Positions 58,360 through 64,000 of a DNA stretch of 64,000 nt are shown one piece after another. Numbering within the stretch: the stretch's first letter is position 1; each line of letters starts with the position of its first letter. This stretch comes from Octopus sinensis (Eukaryota). A program made the position numbers and the translations under genes. The stretch lies in NCBI RefSeq assembly GCF_006345805.1, contig NC_043005.1, positions 94,302,001 to 94,366,000 of the forward strand, written 5' to 3'. The notes beneath the pieces are model-generated. The model was given only the letters and a program-made list of their open reading frames with translations, ran no database searches and was not told the origin of the DNA.

Positions 58360-61209
58360 GAATAAATGAAAGAATGGAGTCGAACGAAGATGTTAACAAA
58401 ATTCCTTTACTCACGACATATATTTCGAAGACAGCATGTTTTCATTCCAAAGGAATAAAGGGTGCATTATGCAATCTTCTCATCAGGAAAGAAAGGGAGC
58501 CTCTCTCGACAACAAGACAAACAAAAATTTCGATGATTGCCTACATGGTAAACAAAGCGATAATGAGTGCTTTTTTAAAAAAATCCGTTAGAAGAATTGA
58601 CGTCAAAGTTAGATAGTAGGAAGAGAAGGGATAAAGGAATAATAGGTAGGGAACAAGTGGAGAGGGAAGGGTACGTTGATTGAAAGAATGTTCGAAGGCT
58701 TAGGAAAGAATTTCTCTATAGTAGTGGGGTGGACGTAAAGCTAATTGTTCAAACCACAGTGACTATCGTTATCATTTATATGAGTAGAAAATGTGTTTCT
58801 GCCAGTGATTACATTTGTATGATTTTTCTGAGTGTGTTTACTAGGGGAACCTTAGAGAAAAGAATATGGAAGAGTTCAGAATTACAAATGTTACAAAATC
58901 TCCTGCCCTTATCAAAAGGAAAGGATACAGACAGTATGAACCAATCTAACTTGAAAATTATATTGTTGTCTTTAAGACGCCAAACTAATTTACTTAGCCC
59001 TGTACTATGTCGTTTTTTTACTATCCCTGAATGTTGAATAGTGGTTTGAAATTCTCTTGGATAACTGGGAAGTGGACGCTCCTATATAGAAGAAGACATC
59101 GGTACCGGAAGAAATTCTACACTGGTAAATAGAATTCTTAATCTTAGAATTACTAGACAAAAATTTAATTCTGTTGGGGTTGTCCTCCGAGATCGAAACG
59201 AAGTTTTTATTGTTATGATTGTTGTTACTATTATTATTAGCGCTAACAACTACACTATTTCTATTATTATTAGTATTATTAATGGTACTACAACCGGTAA
59301 TACCACCGACAATAATACCGTTATTGCTGTTACCATCAACACTACCATTATTATTAACACGACTAATACTATTATTAATATTATCATTGTTAACACTTTC
59401 GCTGCTACCGATGCTGTTACTATTAATACTATTCCTATTATTATGATTGTATGATGGGTTGGATTTAGCAAGATTAGATTTGGAACTCCCGGGTGAAGAA
59501 TCTTGGTATTGTGGGAAGATATAATTTGTGAAAGATTCCTAGTGTTAGAGAAAGCGATTCTGACCTTGTGGGAATTGATAATAGAATGATATCTAGAATT
59601 TCTGGGAAAGTTCTTAGCAACGGCTTCACGGAACTGTAAGGGAAGGTTCGATTTAATTTGTTTTCCGAAAGGTATTACGAACCAGATACAGTTTTTTGTG
59701 GCCTTTGAATTGTTCTTAGTGTTATTTGTGATAGTAAGGGGAAAATTTCTGGGTTGGAAATTTGGGGCTGCATGGCGCTTACCTCCCCTAGTCCGTAAAG
59801 AATTTATTTTATGTACAGGATTGCTGGTACTATTAGAATTGAAATCATTATTCCTATTACGAGTAACTTTACTATCTGGAGAAGCAGATGTTGGTTTAGA
59901 ATGAGCTGAGTCGATGTATGACACTTTCTCCTTATAACCGGCTCTTAACAAGGCGGCGTTATAGAAGTCTGCCTTTTGGTTAAATATGTCGACATTAGCA
60001 GATAATTTTGACAGTCTTTAACTAAATTATTGGTAATTGGCCTGGCATGATTACTGAAAATGCTAATATACTTAAGATTTGTGGAAGTATGTGGAAGGGA
60101 AGTATGAGTTATTCTGCAAATTGAGGGTAATGTCTATGAAGTTGGCTTTAGTTAATTCATCGTCAAAAACTATGCGCAAGCCCATTCTACTAAAAAACCT
60201 AACTAATCTGTTCTTAACCTTCTGTATTTTTGGGTTCGAAACGTTTTGGAGGTAAAGCAGACAATCGTCGCGATAAAGACCTCCACAGATGTCCGGGAAT
60301 TGGTCGGCCATTTCATAAAGAATATAAATTCCGACCAAATCGGCTATCTGGGCGCTGTTTGTACTTCCCATTAGTACATCAAACGCATTAGGGGTATCTC
60401 TACGGACCCACAACTTGTTATCGAACTGGATGAAAGATTTCCTAGCAGTCAATATCACAATAATTTCCTCCCTGGAGAGGCCTGCCTTATTGTGTGCGTG
60501 CCATAGGGCCTTATTAAGTATAATAGGGTTGATTGAAGAATAGAAACTAGATATATCGAATTGGATAAATTTAGTGTTGGCCTTATCAGTAATAGAAGTA
60601 AACCAATCTACGACTTGAACAGAATTGGACCATAAGCTAAGTTTTAATTTATTAATTAATGTAGGGATATACTTATCTAATATGTATTTACTAAGGGTGC
60701 CGATGTCTGAACTGGAAGGGCGTATGAGCCGCAATGCTGGGTTAGTATGAAAGTTCTGCTTGTGGTCCTTTAAGATGAATCTGGGTTGCCTAGGGTTCAA
60801 TGGTTCCGTCTTTATCTGTAATCCGTAAGTCTCCATAATCTGCTTAGTTTCTAAGTTGGCCTGCCTGAGAGTATTCCTACTGGTGGTCCTGTAATTCTTA
60901 TGTATCTCCTTTTCAAGCAGTTCCAAATAATGGCTCTTGGTAAGCTTATAGATGTTGCCGGTTTTATCCGATTGGACCATCTCTGGAGACGTTATCGAGG
61001 TATCTGAGGGGCTTATTCCTGAGGGGTGATTTATGAAATTTAATATTCTTTACGATGTCCCAAAGATCATCTTCGAATTTCTTCAATCTAGGATTAGGTG
61101 GAGGAGTTCCCATCAATTTAAATAGTTTTTTATATTCAAGGGAGATGTCGTTTTAGGTTCTCATTATCGTGGAAGAAGGCGAGCCATCTGATGCGGATGA
61201 TAAATGCAT
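58360..61209 (-). mobile_element. Penelope-like element, near-complete ORF (same family as 30242-31941), with frameshifts
   Basis: FIIRIRWLAFF, FEDDLWDIVKNIKF, SDKTGNIY, LKDHK..NPALRLI, FDISSFYSSI, MGSTNSAQIADLVG, GLYRDD, an Asn-rich linker, then NSIYQC..FYIG..KRISNHY..LVWRLK..FCNICNSE (stop 58809-58811) and a 3' pLTR with hammerhead. Confidence 0.93.
58410..58491 (-). ncRNA. Minimal type I hammerhead ribozyme motif (intact CUGAUGA/GAAA core)
   Basis: CTTTC-CTGATGA-GAAGA..TCTTC-GAAA-TATATGT-C-GTGAG. Stem III has C>T relative to the 30278 copy and stem I is partly mismatched. Confidence 0.75.
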
Positions 61210-61344
61210 TGTATGTATGTATGTATGTATTTATATATTGAAAAATATCGTTATAGGTATAAATATACCATCAACAATTATAGAAAATGGAGGAGAAAAA
61301 GATGTTGACTCAGAATTAGATTTAATACAAAATAGGTTTCAATA

Positions 61345-61445
61345 CATACGCGCGTTCCAAAGGACAAAACAAATATGCAAGAAAAAAAAAATTATAACCA
61401 TACTAATTATAATTAAATTTATGCATTGTCACTTTCATCAGGGTG
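61345..61445 (-). ncRNA. Decayed hammerhead-like motif of another pLTR
   Basis: CTGATGA-AAGTGACAA..TTGTCCTTT-GGAA-CGCGCGT-A: palindromic ACGCGCGT, GAAA mutated to GGAA, weak stem I. Confidence 0.5.
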
Positions 61446-61983
61446 ATGAATTTTTGTAAGGACATCAAAAAAGGTTTAATAAAATAAAGTAAATTAAAAT
61501 ATAATACAATAAGAGAGAATAAAATGGGGCAATATGGAAAAAATCGGATATTTACAAGCAAGTTGTAAAAGGTGAAAAAATAACAGTAATAATAATAGTA
61601 AGAGAGACGAAAGAGAAAAAAGACAGACATATCAATGTGTATGCATGTCTATATGTGCGGTAAACTATAACATAAAAATAAGAATGAAAGGCTAACGGCT
61701 GTTTAAAAAATGGTAACAGGTCGAGACAAATGTATAATAAATAGGGCTACGTTTGTATAGTAGAATATAACGCAACAAGTGGACTAGCAGAAACCCAACT
61801 AATATTTTCATATTCTTATTACTTGCTCTGGCTGTTTATTTATGAATATGATGAATCATATTAGAAATTATTCTTTCTCTCTTTTTGGACCTCTCAAAAA
61901 GTTTGAATTGTTCTCTTTTGAACTTATTTTCCCTATATATACATATACATACACACACACATATATATATATATATATACATG

Positions 61984-62028
<45 letters not shown>

Positions 62029-62189
62029 TATATATATATTTATACATGTATATATATATATATATATGTGTATGTGTATGTATATGTATATATAGGGAAA
62101 ATAAGTTCAAAAGAGAACAATTCAAACTATATATATATATATATATAGTCTTCCACTACCCTCCTATTTCTTTGTCTCGCTCTGCACTC

Positions 62190-62805
62190 ACAGGTCATTC
62201 TTCGACACCCATCCCTTCTCCTCTCTGATTCCTTCTTTCTCTCTCTTCTCTCTCTTTGTTGCGTTTTGTCCCCCTTCTCTCTCTCTCTTCCTTGCTTCTC
62301 TTTCTTTTCTTTTCCCTCTTCTCTGTCACGTGACTGTTGGCCGAAATCTGCCTTTCAGCTCCTGACCCTCGTCGTGTTAACATCGTTGTTTTTCGTCCGC
62401 CGCTATAAAGGCTTTTTCCAATGCGCCAGAGAAAAAATTTGTTTGCTTGTTATCAGTCGTAAGACACTTGTTGTTTTCACCGTTAATGCTTCTGTATTTC
62501 ATGTTTCTGTATTCCATTATTGTTTTTTGTTTTTTTTTATATCTGTCCCTTTTGCTGTCCTGGTGTTCGTATGCATTCGATCCTTCTTCCAGGAAATCTA
62601 CGCTTCCAGCTTAGTTTTTCTAATGCTCGTTGCTTAGTTTTTCTTGGAGGGCTGGCCGTGATCTAGTAATCTCAAGATTAATCAGCCGAAATTACTACGA
62701 TGATCCGGTTCTTGACTGAAGACTGAGGGGTTCGAATGTCCTGTCCATGTTTATTGTATCGTCTTCTATGAGTTATACGTTCTTGTCCATGTTGTATTTT
62801 TCTAC
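62190..62805 (+). repeat. Unclassified dispersed repeat, homologous to 35690-36290
   Basis: AATCTCAAGATTAATCAGCCGAAATT..GATCCGGTTCTTGACTGAA..TTCGAATGTCC..TTGTATCGTCTTCTA. Confidence 0.7.
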
Positions 62806-63294
62806 ATACCTTAATATATATATATATATATACATGCATGTATGTAGACACACACATATATGACTACATACACACCGACACACATATACATGCACTCCAT
62901 ACACACATATACATATATGTATTGTGTGTGTCTTAGTCTGTGTATGTGTTAATATGCATATATATTATATATATATATATGAGTGAGTGAGTGAGTGAGC
63001 AAGTGTGTGTGTGTGCGCGCGCGCGCGTATCTGTTGAGTATTGTTTTGCGAGCAATAATAAAAGAAAAGAATATTACCATAGTTCCAAAGCTGATAATTT
63101 ACAGATCCGAAACCTTTACATTGTGTCAAACATTAACTGCAGAGAAGAACCCTCCAAAATACGGATGCGTGAAGCCTTTTCTTTGTTTTTTTTTTTCTAA
63201 ATAAATATCTAAAACTTACCGACATGATTACAATATTATTAGTCATGTAGCTAATTTTCTGGCAACCCCTTCTCATTATAATTTTTAAAATTCA

Positions 63295-64000
63295 CTATCG
63301 TCCAGGTGCCTTCTCTGTGTTCAGAGGTCGGATTGACAAAACTCTCAAGTTTTCTCTGCATTGTACTGCGTGCATACAGTTAGCCAGGATCCTGTTTCCA
63401 TCCCATTCTTTGATATCGTCAGTCTGCAAACGTCCTTGACGGTCTCCTGTTCTCTTCCTCCCGACACGTCCTGTCAGACTCGTGGCGCATCGTATGTCCA
63501 AAATTTGATAGATTTGTGCACTTGATTCTTCACAATAAGTGTCTTTTGACTTCCAACTTTTCTATTACTGCAGCGTTTGTTAACGTGTATTTCCAGCTCA
63601 TTGTGCTCAATTTACGGAAGATCCACATCTCAAGCAGTAAATCAGAAATGTTGATGATTTTAATATTAGGTATTTACTATTCGCCATTAAATATGTTCAC
63701 TAATGCTTAACTGTTGATTTTTATGCAGATGCCTTCTCTATGTGATTAACGTTAATATTTTGTTGGGCTGGGAAAATCAAGTTTCTGCCTGGAAACGTGT
63801 ATCAACAATTGAATAGATTTCAGTGTCAACGTCTCAATATCAATCTTGTTAACATCATATTGTGGGGCCATTTAGTGATACATATTTTATCTAACTCTGA
63901 CCCTTCATATCAAAGATTACTCACTCTTTACCGTACGATCCCTTGTATTAAACAGTAGTTCTAATGGCTGACGAAATAGAGTTGTTCGGGTGCAGCTTTT
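63295..64000 (-). mobile_element. RTE-clade LINE ORF 3' part, degraded
   Basis: EMWIFRKLSTMSWK..TNAAVIEKL..FGHTMRH..GRVGRKR..GR...DDIKEW, the typical RTE C-terminus. Confidence 0.8.

Noticed and set aside
60072-60980. In-frame UGA/selenocysteine recoding, reported for some Naiad PLEs
   Set aside because: No in-frame TGA in the 302 aa RT ORF; the interruptions seen are frameshifts or TAG/TAA.
62710-62745. CTGAAGA...CGAATGTC as another hammerhead
   Set aside because: No convincing stem II, GAAA is incomplete, and the homologous copy at ~35740 reads CTGAAAA.

Overview
AT-rich, microsatellite-dense eukaryotic DNA. The SINE/LINE repeat families look like those of octopus (Octopus sp.); this is an inference from recalled repeat consensuses, with no database search run. 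Almost all ORFs in the supplied track are microsatellite or repeat artefacts. Only one convincing host coding exon is present (27115-27782, minus strand), next to a 100-N gap, with a possible small upstream exon. The rest is a transposon graveyard: Tc1/mariner (rosa-like, maT DD37D, mariner), MULE, RTE, Hero and Tx1-like LINE fragments, four Penelope-like elements (PLEs), tRNA-derived SINEs and MITEs. Unusual structures: (1) a 7.7 kb head-to-tail array of four non-autonomous Helitron units in A-B-A-B order, where only B units keep an intact 3' CTAG; (2) a 2 kb fold-back made of ~488 bp tandem units, with related copies always inside (TA)n; (3) a GC/CpG-rich rDNA orphon (spacer-like subrepeats, duplicated promoter-like motifs, an 18S fragment, and an ETS-like piece flanked by a 14 bp direct repeat); (4) several minimal type I hammerhead ribozyme motifs in PLE termini and in a 358 bp retrozyme-like unit; (5) recurring inverted duplications around retro-insertions at microsatellites. 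All alignments and translations were done by eye; family names are pattern recognition and need Dfam/RepBase/HMM confirmation.
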